Assembly: GCF_018350175.1 (NCBI RefSeq)
Contig: NC_058368.1
Span: forward strand, 161,884,001 to 161,948,000
Origin: Felis catus
Lineage: Eukaryota
Direction of reading: 5' to 3'
Length of the DNA: 64,000 bases
Under the pieces are notes generated by a model. That model was not told the origin of the DNA, ran no database searches, and saw only the letters and a list, made by a program, of their open reading frames with translations. This document shows, piece by piece, positions 1 through 12,690 of the stretch; the first letter of the stretch is position 1; each line of letters opens with the position of its first letter. A program made the translations under genes and the position numbers.

Positions 1-207
1 GACTTGATTCAGAGGCCCTTATTTAAAACAATTGTTTGTAAGAAATGAGCAGCAATTAGCATGTGGAGATCCTAAGAAACATAGAGTATAATCCTTATGA
101 AGAGTATCCTTAGAATAACTGAAACGTTGGAATAATTAGTAAAAAAAATAAATCTTAAGAGAAGTTTGTGCATAGTTTTTTGGTTTGTTTGCTTTCCTCT
201 GTTTCGT

Positions 208-233
208 TGTTTTGTTGTTGTTGTTGTTGTTGT
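208..233. repeat. (GTT)n microsatellite
   Basis: Run of gttgttgtt seen directly. Confidence 0.8.
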
Positions 234-2004
234 TTTTTAATATTATTGGCTATGGGAGTGGAAAAAAATCCTTCTCCATTCCATGGACATTTTTAAGAAC
301 AGTACTCTACTGAGGATTTTTTCTTTATTGAGTCATGGAAATATATCCCTCCAGGTAGAAATGATAAGGTAAATATTTCTGAATTCAATTACTAGGCTAG
401 GTGAATTTGTATATATGTATATATAATCCATTTCTCTCTCTATATATAGTAATCATATATAATTATTTCCCTTTGCTTTTATAAAGTGATTGTATTCACT
501 GGTCTGAGGGGGAAAAATATTTTATGGATTGAAGAATGAAAACAATTTTATTACTAAAGTGTAGAATTTAATTATATTAGAAATAGAGATAATTTAATTA
601 AGTTTGAGTCTCATTATTGACTTTAATTAAAATGTAAGAATTAAAATGCTATATATCATTAATATATAAAATGAACTAAAATTGTTAAAATTCATTTTTA
701 TGAATTAATACATAGCCTTTCAAATAGCAATGCATTTTGGTTGTCTACTTATTCTATAGTAATATAGTAATTATAGACATGCTGTGTGGTCTTTCTCCTG
801 AATGCACAAAATTGAGTATTGAGAGCTCCATATCTTGCTGTTACATTACCTATCATATATTATTAATTAATATATTAATATCAATATAGCATATATACAT
901 TATACATGTCAGCATCAAAATATGCCGGTCAGTAAATATGTTTTAAAAAACCTCAAATTATAAAATTTTAAAGGTCTTTTGGGCATTTTTAAAAAACAGA
1001 TTTGTATGGGCAGATTTTCATTTTGATTTGCTTTTCAATATACCCAAAAGTAAGCATATTAACATTTGCAGATTGTTCTGGTTGTTAGAAAAGATTTCAG
1101 CACTTCTTTTTGGAAATCACTGTTGAAAGAAATAGATCCACATCAAAAAAATTCTCATGACATTTGTAAACAGTGAAAACTGTTTTATCATTTGTTAGAA
1201 TTTGTCTTGTCTTGAGTAATTTCCTTTTAATTTTGTCTAACTTAAATGACTGTAACATCTTCAGCACTTGATGAATTGCAGGAATAAGTGCCTCTACTTA
1301 GAAGTAAGCTTCTATTTATCATTTGATTTAAAAATAAGTTTATTTTTGCTAAATGTAATTTAATTTTATCCTTTTCCATTCCTCTATTTTTTTTCTCACA
1401 TCTGTTTTCTTCTTCTGTTTTTTTCTCATATCTGGTTTGAATATTCAAGTCTCTACTTGAAATTGATGGAATGAATATACATATTTACACCAACTCCTTT
1501 CAGTATCAACAAAAATAACAATAGACACATTAAAGGGATAAATTTGAAAGGAAAAAAAAAATAGAGGACAAGTTGTTAATTGAAAATGCCAGAAGATGGT
1601 TTGCAGAAGAATTCTGGTTACTAACTAGAAAGGGTAAAACAGAAGGTCATTTTCCAGAAGACAACATAAAATTTTGAGGGCAACGTTGTCATACCAAAAA
1701 AATGAAATTATAGGAAAGTATGTGTCAAATGCTTAAGCCCCACTTCCACCGCAGCTAAAGAGTCCTGGTAGTTTGACAAATTATCCAAGTAGGAAATGTA
1801 TGGATTCTTCCATGGGGGCTCCAACCACTAAAATAAAGAGCACTAATGTTAGAAGACTGCCCATGAAATGGCCTGCTCAAATAAGCATATGGTTCCCTGC
1901 ACAACCTCTTATGCTCCCCTTCATTATACACAGAGATTTTAAGATAACACTTGAGTACTTTAATTTTATTTAAAAAATTCTTTTTGATGTTTATTTATGT
2001 TTTA

Positions 2005-2265
2005 TTTTTTTTTATTAAAAAAATTTTGTTTCAACGTTTTTATTTATTTTTGGGACAGAGAGAGACAGAGCATGAACGGGGGAGGGGCAGAGAGAGAGGG
2101 AGACACAGAATCAGAAACAGGCTCCAGGCTCTGAGCCATCAGCCCAGAGCCCAACGCGGGACTCGAACTCACGGACCGCGAGATCATGACCTGAGCTGAA
2201 GTCAGACGCTTTAACCGACTGCGCCACCCAGGCGCCCCTAACCGACTGCGCCACCCAGGCACCCC
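2005..2265 (-). mobile_element. Young SINEC_Fc-type Can-SINE with duplicated 5' end
   Basis: CpG-rich consensus-like body; 13-bp TSD tatttatgtttta at 1992-2004 and 2266-2278. Confidence 0.95.
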
Positions 2266-2278
2266 TATTTATGTTTTA

Positions 2279-2478
2279 GACTTCAGCTCAGGTCATGATC
2301 TCGCGGTCCGTGAGTTCGAGCCCCGCGTTGGGCTCTGGACTGATGGCTCAGAGCCTGGAGCCTGTTTCCGATTCTGTGTCTCCCTTTCTCTCTGCCCCTC
2401 CCCCCTTCATGCTCTGTCTCTCTCTGTCCCAAAAATAAATAAAAAACGTTGAAAAAAAATTTATAAAAAAAAAAAAAA
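2279..2478 (+). mobile_element. Young SINEC_Fc-type Can-SINE, 5'-truncated
   Basis: Starts gacttcagctcaggtcatgatctcgcgg; (CT)n tract, aataaa and A-tail. Confidence 0.95.
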
Positions 2479-3329
2479 GAAAGAAAGAAAGAGAGAGAGA
2501 GACAGAGTGTTAGTGGGGGAGGGGCAGAGAGAGGGAGACAGTTCAAAGTAGGTCTCCAGGCTCTGAGCTGTCAGCACAGACAGACTCGCACCCACAAGAT
2601 GTGAGATCATGACCTGAGCTGAAGTTGGACACTTAACTAACTGAGCCACCCAAGCGCCTCACTGAGTACTGTAATTGTAATATGAGCACAAATCAAGGCC
2701 ACTAAATATTTGAGAAAAACCTCCAACACTGACAACCTAAAAGCAACCACAACAAACAGTAAAAAGGTGAAACTGGGAAAGGATCAGGCTATACAGAAAA
2801 AAGGAAAAAAAAAATCAAAAAATAATTAACTATTTTCTCAGGAAGATAGGAAAAGATTGCATCCATTAAACAACTAGATAGTATGGGGGAGAGACAATCT
2901 GACAACATGAAATATATTTTGTAAATTAGTATGAAAAAATAACTCAAAAGAAAAGTTGGAGAAAAGCTCTCAAAACATAAAAAATGAAGAAAAGGAAAAC
3001 AATAGAGGGAAGAGTAGCAAAAGAGAATTATTCACAAAGTCAAATACCCTACTAGTGGGAATTCTAGAAAGAACAGAAAAAATGAAGGGAAAGAATTAAT
3101 CAACAAAAAAATCAAGAAAGTTTTCCAGATTTGAAGGACATATATTTTTAGACTGAAAGGATCCGTTCAATGCATCATAATGTGTGAAAATAGATCCATA
3201 TTGAATCATGACACTGACATTCCTGAATACAGTAGGATATCCTAAAATTTTTCAACAAGAGTGAGAGAAGTAGTCACTGATACATTAGTTTGAACTATTC
3301 AACCACATATCTGGAACCCAGAGAATTTG

Positions 3330-3567
3330 TGTTCTATGTTTAATGAGTTATCTTAAGAAATGTTTGCATTTCTCAAGATTACACATATTTTTTTTTCTAT
3401 GTTTCCTTCTAGGAGTTTTATTATTTTAGGTTGTACACTTAGACTCATGGTCTGTTTGAAGTTGATGTGTGCATATAGTATGAGGAGGTAAGGATAGAAA
3501 TTTTGTTTTAGATGCTGCATTTTATCTTCTGTCAGATAATTAGTTGCTTTCCTTTGGGAGTTGATAT

Positions 3568-3598
<31 letters not shown>

Positions 3599-4080
3599 TA
3601 TTCTTTATTATTGTGACCAGAAAGATTGTTCTATATCCTCACCAGAAATTGGTATGATCAGTTTCTTTACTTTTAGCCATTCAATTGGGAGTATAGTGGT
3701 ATCTCACTAATGTTTTAATTTGTAATGTCCTATTAATAAAAATGTTTAGCACTTCTCATATGACTATTTACTGTCTGAACATCTTGTTTGGTGAGGAGTC
3801 CATTAAAATATTTCATCATTTTTTAAAATGAGTTGGTTAATTTATTATTGTTAAGCTTTAAGTGCATTTTTTTTCTATTTTTACTACAAGTTCTTTATCA
3901 GATACATGTTTTTCAAATATTTTCTCCCACCCCTGGGCTTGTCTTTTCATTCTATTAACAGTGTTTATCAGAGCACAAATTTTAAATTTTAATAAAGGCC
4001 AATTCATTATTTTTTCTCTCATAGATCATACTTTTAATGATGCGCATGTAAATGCATTGCCAAAACTAAGATCACCTAGA
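3330..4080 (-). mobile_element. Old L1M ORF2 3' fragments, including a (TTTA)n run at 3565-3600
   Basis: tttagccattcaattgggagtatagtggtatctcac and caaatattttctccca resemble L1 antisense. Confidence 0.6.
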
Positions 4081-4109
4081 TAGGCAAAAAACATTTATGT
4101 AGGCAAAAA

Positions 4110-5071
4110 AAAACCCAGAAAGCTATTCACGTGGAAGCATGGGTCATTTCTTTAAGAGGTTAGAGCTGGGAACCTTGAAGAACAGTTCTCTGGAAATGGA
4201 ACAGGATTTGAATCAAAAAACTGGTGACAGATTGCTTTACAGAATCGTGATGGACCAAACTGCTACATACCTTCTATTATCTGTCCTTTTTAGTAGAAAT
4301 ACATAGTTTGTTGTTCTTGCCATTGGACCAGCACTATATTTTGGATTTCTAGAAGGTGCTTGTCTTTTAAATTTACTGACCTTTAGTGCAAGGTAATCTA
4401 TCTGACGAGCTTAATTTGTATACATAGACCTGATTGAGATCACAGGCTTCAAGCTTGATCTGATGCCATAATTGGATGGTAGGTACTTTGGGACACTGGA
4501 AAGGAGATGAGTGAAACATGAATCATTAGGGGCTGTTTCCCAGTCTACAACAAACTGTTGCTTTATTGACACCTAAAGAGACATGCTTCTTGATATTCAC
4601 ATAAATGTGTCAACTGTCCCTTTGAATAAGGACTGGCCCTCTGACTTGTTTAGGCAACATTGTACCAGTTTCTGAACCAAGTCTTAAGAAAGAAGGTCTG
4701 GCGGCTTCTGCTTTTGCTTGCAATCAGAAACCAGTCAACATGTAATTAATATAAAGGAACACTATGCTGTGAAGAGCTCATTTATACACATTTATGGGCC
4801 TTATGCAAAAGAAATGAAGCCCAGACCAAGTCCCAAGTGAGGTCTCAGCCATCACACAGAACCAACTTGCCAATATATGGTGAACTCATTTTGGAAGTGG
4901 ATCTTCCAACTCCATTTGAGCCACCCCTGTTAGTACAAAATGAGACAAAGAAAAGATATTTCCATGGAACCCTGACAGATTTATATAATTGTGAACAAAC
5001 AAATAAAATGGCTGTTTTTAAGGTATAGAGCATTGGGATAGTTTGTTACCCAGCACAAGATTACCAAAACA
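4110..5071 (+). mobile_element. MaLR: MLT1-int 3' end plus MLT1F/G-like LTR (about 4545-5071)
   Basis: ttttggaagtggatcttcca motif; LTR 3' end aataaaatggctgtttttaag...gtttgttacccagca...aaca. Confidence 0.65.
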
Positions 5072-6575
5072 CTATTTTTAATTCTTTTTCTGTTTAGGTG
5101 TCTGTTTTTCTGTATATCTGTTTGATGGCTGATAGAAAACATTTCAGACTACATATTTCTCACTAAAACATCACAAAAAATCAGATATCCTATCACTCAC
5201 GACTAACAGATTATCGTACTCTGATACACATATACACACATATAAGGAATAAAGATATATACATATAAAGATATATACATACATATATAAATACATACAA
5301 ATATCTGATATTTAAAAAATAAAATTTGTTAATTCAGTAGAAAATACGTAATGATATGGTTAGAATGCTAGGATGTGACTTTTTAAGATATAAAAAATGA
5401 CATTGCAAAGAGTATACAAGTGACAAACATAATCAGTTTTGCTACTTAACAGTCAAGACTTCTATTTATGTATAGTGGTTTGTTGGGAATAATTTGTCAC
5501 CGGTGTTTTCAAAAACAAAGCATCACATTACAGATTCATAGAGTTGACAGAGGTCTTTGAGAATCTTCATACATATCTATGCTTTTTTGAAGAACTATAT
5601 ATAATCTTCCCACCCTCTGCCAACCCAAGCAATTAAAATCTTTCAATAATCCCACTATGCAAAAGCTTACTGAATATTAATTTCCAATGATCTTATAAGT
5701 TATCAATGGGGGTTTTGGCATATGTTTATCATATATAATAAAATTATGCAACTATTTGTGAACTTGGCAATATTCTTTTTCATGGCAAGACTTATTCAAA
5801 TGAGGAATTTAATTCTATGGTAACTTTTCTCTCTATTTGCTCAATTACTATCTTACATTTCTATCTTAGGTCATTAATTATTAGATTCTTTAGGCCCAGT
5901 TGATTATAAAATGATAGAATCATCCACTTAAATTGCATATATATGGTGAACATTTGTAAAATACAGTGAAAAAAATCAACTCATATGTATCCACTAAATG
6001 AATCCATAGATGATGTCCCCTTTAAACTGAAGCTCTAGATATCTTGGGAGCAAATATTTTTTAGATCTTCTCTGTGGTAATGTAGAAACTTCTATTAATG
6101 TCATGCCACAAATCTCTGCCTATGCCTGTTTCCAAATGTACTACTTTGTATTTTTCTTTACACATGGAAAGTACACATTGCATAAATATGCACATTAGCA
6201 AGGTTTTAAAAAGAAAAAAAGAGCTATGTTAGCTATGTAGCTAACACTGAGATTAAGAACAAGAATGCGGGCTACTTGAATCACCTCTTGTGTCCCCTTC
6301 TAAATATTATTACACACCCCAAGAGAAATGACTATCCTAATATCTAACACTGTTGTGGACTATGAAATGTACCAAAGTGGAATCATAAATTAAGGATGAT
6401 TTTCTGTTTTGTTTTTTTCACTCACCATTATGTTTGTGAGATTCATCCATATTGTTTTATGTAGTTGTAATTTACCCTTTTAATTGCTGCATAGTGTTCC
6501 ATTTTGTGAATGCACCAAAATGTGTTTTTCTTTCTATTGTTGATAGACATTGGATAACTTATATTTTTGCACTTA

Positions 6576-6770
6576 CTTTTTTTAACTTTATTTATTTATT
6601 TTGAAAGAGACAGAAATAATGCAAGTGGGGCAGGGGCACAGAGAGAGGGAGAGAGAGAGAATCCCAAGCAGGTTCCACACTGTCAGCACAGAGCCTGACA
6701 TGGGGCTTGAATTCATGAAACTGAAATTATGAAGAGATGGAGGCTTAACTGAGCCTATACCAGCTGCCCC
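6576..6770 (-). mobile_element. Can-SINE
   Basis: SINE body; 16-bp TSD tata(t/c)ttttgcactta at 6560 and 6771. Confidence 0.9.
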
Positions 6771-7499
6771 TATACTTTTGCACTTATTAATAGTGCTGCT
6801 CTTAGTAATTTGATATGTGATATTTTTGAATAAATGCATTATTCTTGGACATATACCAAAGAATAAAATTGCTGGTTCTATAATATGTTATGTATATATA
6901 GTATAGTTTTCTTTACTGTAGGTTTTGTTATTTGATAGTGCAAGTACTCCATGTTGTCCTTCCTCAAAACTGTCTTGGCATTTTTTTGCCTTTCATGTTT
7001 CCATATACAGTTTAAATTAACTTATCAATTTCCGTGAAAAAATATTCTGAGATCTAGATTAGAATTGCATTGGATCTGAATATCAATTTGGAGAGAGTTA
7101 ATATCACCATAATACTAAATCTTTCAATTTAAAAATTTGGTACATTCCTCCATTATTTAGTTCTTTCCTAATTTTTCTCAATAATATTTTGTAGTTTTTA
7201 AATATAAATATTGTATACATATTTGCCAAATTTATTCCAAAGAATACAGTGTTTTCTGATTATTGCAGTTTATTTCAATTTTATTTTTCTTGTACTTATA
7301 TAGAAGTAAATTAATGATTCATTCACCATCCTGCTAAATTCTTAATTTTTATTATTGTATAGATACTTTTGTATTTATCATGTTTAAAATCTCTTCAGAA
7401 ACTAAGAACTTTTCCTCCTTTCTAATCATAATGCTTATTCTTTTGTTTCCTTTATTTTTCCTCCAGGCAGGAGATCCCTCACTAGGATTTCCAGTATAA

Positions 7500-7502
<3 letters not shown>

Positions 7503-7535
<33 letters not shown>
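7503..7535. repeat. poly(A)33
   Basis: Homopolymer seen directly. Confidence 0.95.
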
Positions 7536-7537
<2 letters not shown>

Positions 7538-7591
7538 TTTTGTCTCCTTTTCAATCTCAGCATTCATTATTTCACTGTTAAATATACAGTA

Positions 7592-7820
7592 CAGGCACCT
7601 GGGTGGCTTACTCAGTTGAGCATTGGATTATTGATTCCAGGTCAGGTCATGATCTCGATTTCTTGAGTTCCAGCCCTACATGGGCTCAGCACTGACAGCA
7701 GAGAGCCTCTTTGAGATTCCCCCTCTTTCTCTGTCCCTCCCCTGCTCTCACCCCCTCAGTCTCTCTCAAAATAAATAAATAAATACATTTAAAAATAAAC
7801 AAATAAATAAATAAATAAAA
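7592..7820 (+). mobile_element. Can-SINE
   Basis: ggcacctgggtggct...ggtcatgatctc; (AAAT)n tail. Confidence 0.9.
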
Positions 7821-8156
7821 GGTAGCTTCAGGCTTCCTGTTATCAAATCAAGGAAATTTCTTCAGATTACTGATGTGTAAAATTTTTACAGTAAACATAT
7901 TTGAATTTTTACATGCTATTTATTATTTTATCAATTTGATTATATATATATGTTTTTTTTTCTTCTCTTGCATTAATATGTTGAATTATATTGTTTGAAT
8001 TTTTTTATATTTAACAAACGGCATTTTGAGGTTATGCCCAATTTAGTCTTGGTGTAATATAATTTTTTACTTTTTACTAATATTGATTTGATAATATTTT
8101 CCATATAATATTTATATTTATGTTCCTGAGTGTTTTCTTTGTATATCGTCATCCTA

Positions 8157-8380
8157 TTTTTTTAATGTTTGTTTATTTATTTTTGAGAGAGAGAGAGAGA
8201 GAAAGAGAAAGAACAAGTGAGAGAGGTGCAGAAAGAGAGGGGAAGACACAGAATCTGAAGCAGGCTCCAGGCTCCGCACTCTCAGCACAGAGCCCAATGC
8301 AGGGCTCAAATCTATGAACCATGAGATCATGACCTGAGCCCAAGTCGGAGGCCTAACCAACTGAAACACCCAGGTGCTCT
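8157..8380 (-). mobile_element. Can-SINE
   Basis: gagatcatgacctgagc; (GA)n tract; flanking atcctattt repeat. Confidence 0.9.
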
Positions 8381-8509
8381 AATCTTAATCCTATTTAAAT
8401 ATCAAGATTATGTTGGATTCATAAAATTATTTGGGAAATACTTACTTTATTTAAATTCCTGCAAGAGTTTTCAGTGACCTTGATATGTTTTCTTTAAACA
8501 TTTGAAAGA

Positions 8510-8707
8510 GGGGTGCCTCAGTGTCTCAGTGGGTTAAGCATCTGACCTGGCTCAGGTCATGATATGGTAATTCACAAGTTCAAGCCCTGCATTGGGCTCT
8601 GCTGATAGCTCAGAGCTGGAGCCTGCTTTGGACTCTGTGTCTCCCTCTGTCTCTCTGTCCCTCCCCCACTTATGCACAAAAATAAACAAATATTAAATTT
8701 AAAAAAA
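8510..8707 (+). mobile_element. Can-SINE
   Basis: ggggtgcctc...ctcaggtcatga; A-rich tail. Confidence 0.9.
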
Positions 8708-9074
8708 TGAATGCTTGAAACTCATAGGTAAGCCATCAGGGCCTAAAAGTTTTTTCTGTGGGAATGTTTTAATAAATAGATTTAATTTTTAGATATTAAA
8801 ATAATTCACCTAGATCAAATTTCTTATATTATAGTTTTCCTGGATTAGTTTTTTGTCCAAATTGTCATACTTTCTGAAGTCAGTAGTCCTTGATATCCTT
8901 TAGAAAAAATACATTTGTTAGAGTATCTGTAGTACTTTATTTTGTACTTTATTTTGGTCCTGATAATTTGTTTTCTTCTTTTGGTTTATAGGAGTTTTGC
9001 CAGATGTTCGTCATTTTTATTTTTGTGACTGCTTATTTTTCTTTTCCTTTCCCCTAGGATTCTAAATCATACAT

Positions 9075-9484
9075 TGTATTAGTCTGCTAGGACTACCATA
9101 ACAAAATGCCACAGACTGGATAGCTCAAATAACAAAAGTTTATTTTCTCTCACTTCTGGATGCTAATAATCTGAGATCAAGGCCAATTTGGTTTCTGCTG
9201 ATGCCTCTGTCCTTGACTTGCAGATGGTTGCCTTTTTGCTGTATTCTCACATGTCCTTTTCTCTGGGTATACCCATCCCTGCTGTCTCTTCCTATTTGTT
9301 CTAATCTCCTCTTTTTAGAGAGACACCAGTCAGATTAGATTAGAGCCCATCCTAATGGCTTCTTTTTTTATGTAATTACCTGTTCATAGGTCCTATCTCC
9401 AAATACAGTCACATTCTAAGACACTTAAAGTTAGGGCTTCAATATATGAATTTGGAGCCTAGGGACACAATTCAGTATCTAACA
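9075..9484 (-). mobile_element. MLT1B/C-like MaLR solo LTR
   Basis: TG...CA ends; cctatctccaaatacagtcacattct; 5-bp flanks tacat/tatat. Confidence 0.85.
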
Positions 9485-9635
9485 TATATGTTAAATCTTC
9501 ACACTCTGTCCCACACACATCTTTATGCCTTTTTCTTTAGTTTCCATTCTTCCTGTGAGTATATTTCTCTATATATTTTCTAATTTTTCTTCCAGTTACC
9601 AAATCCTTAATTTTTTGTATTTAATATGCATTTAA

Positions 9636-9790
9636 AAATAGCTTTATTAAGGTATAATTTATATTAAATGTATTAATAGTACAGCTGATAGGTTTTGACA
9701 AAGGTATATATACCTTGTAACTACCACCTCAATCAAGATATGGAACATTTCCATTAGCACAAAAAAATTCATTTTCCCCTTACATTTTTT
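9636..9790 (-). mobile_element. L1M 3' end fragment
   Basis: agctttattaaggtataattt...accacctcaatcaagatatggaacatttcc. Confidence 0.6.
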
Positions 9791-10144
9791 GTTCAAAAAT
9801 ATATTTCTCTTCGTGCAAACTACTCTTTCACCAACTTACCACTAAAATCTCATCCAGTCATTTCTCAGGCTCCACGTACAGAAATGGTAACTGTGGTAAG
9901 TGTGTTGTAAGCTCTTCATGGTCTAGAGACCTATGGACCAAAAAGTTATGTGGCCCCACACTTCCAATTTACATTGGTAACAGATGAACCCAATAAGATA
10001 AACACAATAAACACTCTCAGTCAAAATCTGAGAAATAGAGGTACACAGAAACCATGGCTTCCTACAAATTCTGAAATTCATTAAACAGTATAGAGAGAAT
10101 CCTTTATACCAGAGGTAAACCTGAGTTCCATTCCCTGGAAATAG

Positions 10145-10690
10145 TGCTGCAGGATTTTTTTTTACCTCAATACCTGAGGTTCTTTGAAGAATGAATAGGT
10201 GGACACAAAATGAGCAGCAGGCGAAGTAGAGTATAAGATCAGAAAAGAAGAATAGTATGAAAGCTCTCTTTACAGAGAGAGGGCATTCGAAAGTGAATGC
10301 CCACCAACTATAGGCAGGGGTCCTTGTTTTATAAGGTTCTGGTTGTGAACTCCTCCCCACCCGTCTTTCCCCCTTGTCCTTCTTGGGCCCTACCCTTGTT
10401 GGCTTTGTAGCTCTAGGTTCTTGGTTGTCCACTCCTGATTGGCTCATTTCCATTGTATGAGGGATGGTCTATTTCTTATTTTTAGTTAGATCTTTTGTCA
10501 AATTCCTGAGGGGAACCTGAGGGGAAGTAAATGGGGTCTGTTACATTCTTAAGATGAACTTTATTCCTGTGGGGGTTTGCTGCAGTCAGCTGCTCCCAGC
10601 ATTGTTTCAACATATGTGTTTTTCCCCACCTGGACACCTCAGGTCCTAATCTTTCCCTCTCTGCCTACTGAATCCTATCTTTTCCTATCA
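10145..10690 (-). mobile_element. ERV solo LTR (carnivore type), same family as 17857-18362
   Basis: TG...CA termini; TATA-like cttataaaa on the minus strand; homologous at both ends to the second copy. Confidence 0.8.
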
Positions 10691-10857
10691 TAGTAGTTTC
10701 CAATTCTATTTTTCTTAGCTTTTGCTTTTACCCTCTAAGAGGTACTTGCTTTTATATTATCCTTGTGGACCACACTTGAAGATTATATTAGAGAAATCAC
10801 CTATTTGTAAGGCTGGAAACTTTCTTAACCTGCTACCTTCCATAGAGGCCTAAAGGG

Positions 10858-10897
10858 TTTTTTGTTTTGTTTTGTTTTGTTTTGTTTTGTTTGTTTT
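10858..10897. repeat. (TTTTG)n microsatellite
   Basis: Seen directly. Confidence 0.9.
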
Positions 10898-12207
10898 CAT
10901 GCATTTTTCATTTTTTTTCTAACTATAGCTGGTATTACTCTAAGCTGCAACACTTTTGTCAATTCAGTTTTTTCATTTGATTTCAATTAATTCTGTCAGA
11001 AGGCATGCATACAATTTTTTTTAATCTCTCTCTTTTTATCTCCCCATTTTCTGTATGTAATTGCAGGTACTTTGGGTACATAGACTCTCAATTTTATTAG
11101 AGTCTCTTTGAAAAGCTTAAAAAATTGATGACGTGGTAAAATAATTCTTTCAAACGTTTTAACAATAAGGTTAAAGCATTCACTTAACGTGGCTTTTGCC
11201 CTGAGGCTTTCTTTTATGTCACTACACTGGATTTCATCTTCGTCCCAAAGCTGTCTTCATGACAGCAAGTTTAATTGGTGAGAAGCATTTTCATTTTTAA
11301 TACTGACATTTGAGGAATGAATAAACTATTTTATATTAATTACATTTACAAAAACAGAGCTCTTTTTTTTTCTTGTAATGTTCTACACAATCAGGTAATG
11401 AAAGTCAACTCCCACCCAATAATTTGCCTCAAAACTTATTTGCCCACTGGTTCAACTTTATTAAATGCATTTTTATTCCTTCCAAGTTATCACAGGTAAT
11501 ATTTTCACCAAATGTTTCACCACTATGAAATGCATGCATTCACCAAATATAAGTAAACAATTTGCAATTTCTTATAACAGTTTCCTTGTTATCTCCCACT
11601 CAGTGGCAAAGCTAATATTTTTTGGTTATTATAATACATCATTTGTGGATACCAAATCCTGTTTTAAGAATTTGTTGCTGCAAAAATAACCTGTGTAATA
11701 AACAACTTCAAATATCACAAGAATAAACAAGTATTTATATTTCACTCACGGGTCTGCAAAAGACTAGTCAGTCAGCCAATCGAGACTGGAATCAGGTGGG
11801 ATTCTATGCTTTGGCTTTATATTAATTGGTCTTGGCTTAGTTTTTGACTAGGGTTTAGAACCACTCCGCAAGAATTTTTGTAGCTCAGGAGTAAAATACA
11901 AACAATTTGAGTAAATAATCAGCAAAAAATTTGAATGGGCATTGAACCAAAGATGATATACAAGTGGTTACTAGGCACATGAAAAGATGCTCACTATCAT
12001 TAGTCATCAGGCAAAGACAAATTGAAATCACCATGAGATATTACCAATACTACAATGGCTAACATTTAAAAAGTATGACTAACATTTAAAAAGTATGACC
12101 AGGTATTAATGGAATTCTCATATAATTCTGGTGAAAATATGAAAATGGACAACTCATTTAACAGTTTGACAGTTTTTGTTTTTGTTTTTCCCAAGGCCTG
12201 CTGGCAC

Positions 12208-12421
12208 TTTTTAAAATGTTTTAATTTATTTTTGAGAGAGAAAGAGACAGAAAACAAGTGGGGGAAGGACAGAGAGAGAGAAAGGGAGACAGAATCTGAA
12301 GCAGGCTCCAGGCTCTGAACTGTCAGCACAGAGCCCGACCCAGGGCTTGAACTCACAGACGGCAAGATCATGACCTGAGCCGAAGTCAGATGCTCAACTG
12401 ACTGAGCCACCCAGGCACCCC
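12208..12421 (-). mobile_element. Can-SINE
   Basis: Full SINE body ending ccacccaggcacccc. Confidence 0.95.
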
Positions 12422-12467
12422 TTGGCAGTTTCCTATAGTTAAATATGCAGTTAATTCTTTGAACTAG

Positions 12468-12690
12468 CAGTTGTATGGTGGGCGTTCTAGACCTTGCTGA
12501 CACTGGCCTCACAAGAGCTTTCTGTGCATACCTCTTCTCAGCTTTGCCTTCAGGCTGTAATGTTTGTAGTGTGACTTCAGTCATGATGGAAATATTTGCA
12601 CTATGGCAATCAGCAAATACTACAAATCAAAGTTTTCTCCTCCCACGGCCATCTAGAAAGCTTGTTGTTACATTTATCATCATGCCTCCG
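12468..12690 (+). mobile_element. MER63-like hAT-Blackjack non-autonomous DNA transposon
   Basis: Degenerate terminal inverted repeats cagttgtatggtgg / catttatcatcatgcctccg; internal cagcaaatactacaaatca. Confidence 0.7.

Larger units (their letters stand above)
1962..2660 (-). mobile_element. Older Can-SINE hosting two younger SINE insertions in its tail/(GA)n region
   Basis: Body at about 2480-2660 ending ccacccaagcgcctc; T-rich tail at 1962-2004; flanking tgagtact(t/g)taatt at 1952 and 2663. Confidence 0.8.
1450..3300 (+). mobile_element. Ancient L1M/HAL1-like 5'/ORF1-region remnant, interrupted by a SINE cluster
   Basis: A-rich degenerate ORF1-like sequence at 2840-3250 (aagaaagttttccagatttgaaggaca...ttagactgaaagg); boundaries approximate. 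Confidence 0.45.
6160..9050 (-). mobile_element. Old L1M 3'UTR/ORF2 remnant, fragmented by four SINEs and a poly(A) run
   Basis: tgtttgtgagattcatccatattg, ttgcattggatctgaatatcaatttggagag and other L1 antisense motifs. Confidence 0.65.

Noticed and set aside
9923..10453. 176-aa ORF on the minus strand
   Set aside because: Starts inside a solo LTR and runs into flanking DNA; no recognisable domain.
12059..12098. 20-bp tandem duplication (similar ones at 5249-5280 and 22224-22249)
   Set aside because: Two-copy slippage events with no spacers; not CRISPR-like and commonplace.
12066..12584. 172-aa ORF on the minus strand
   Set aside because: Chance read-through of MER63, L1 and a Can-SINE (GAWVAQSV... 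is translated SINE).
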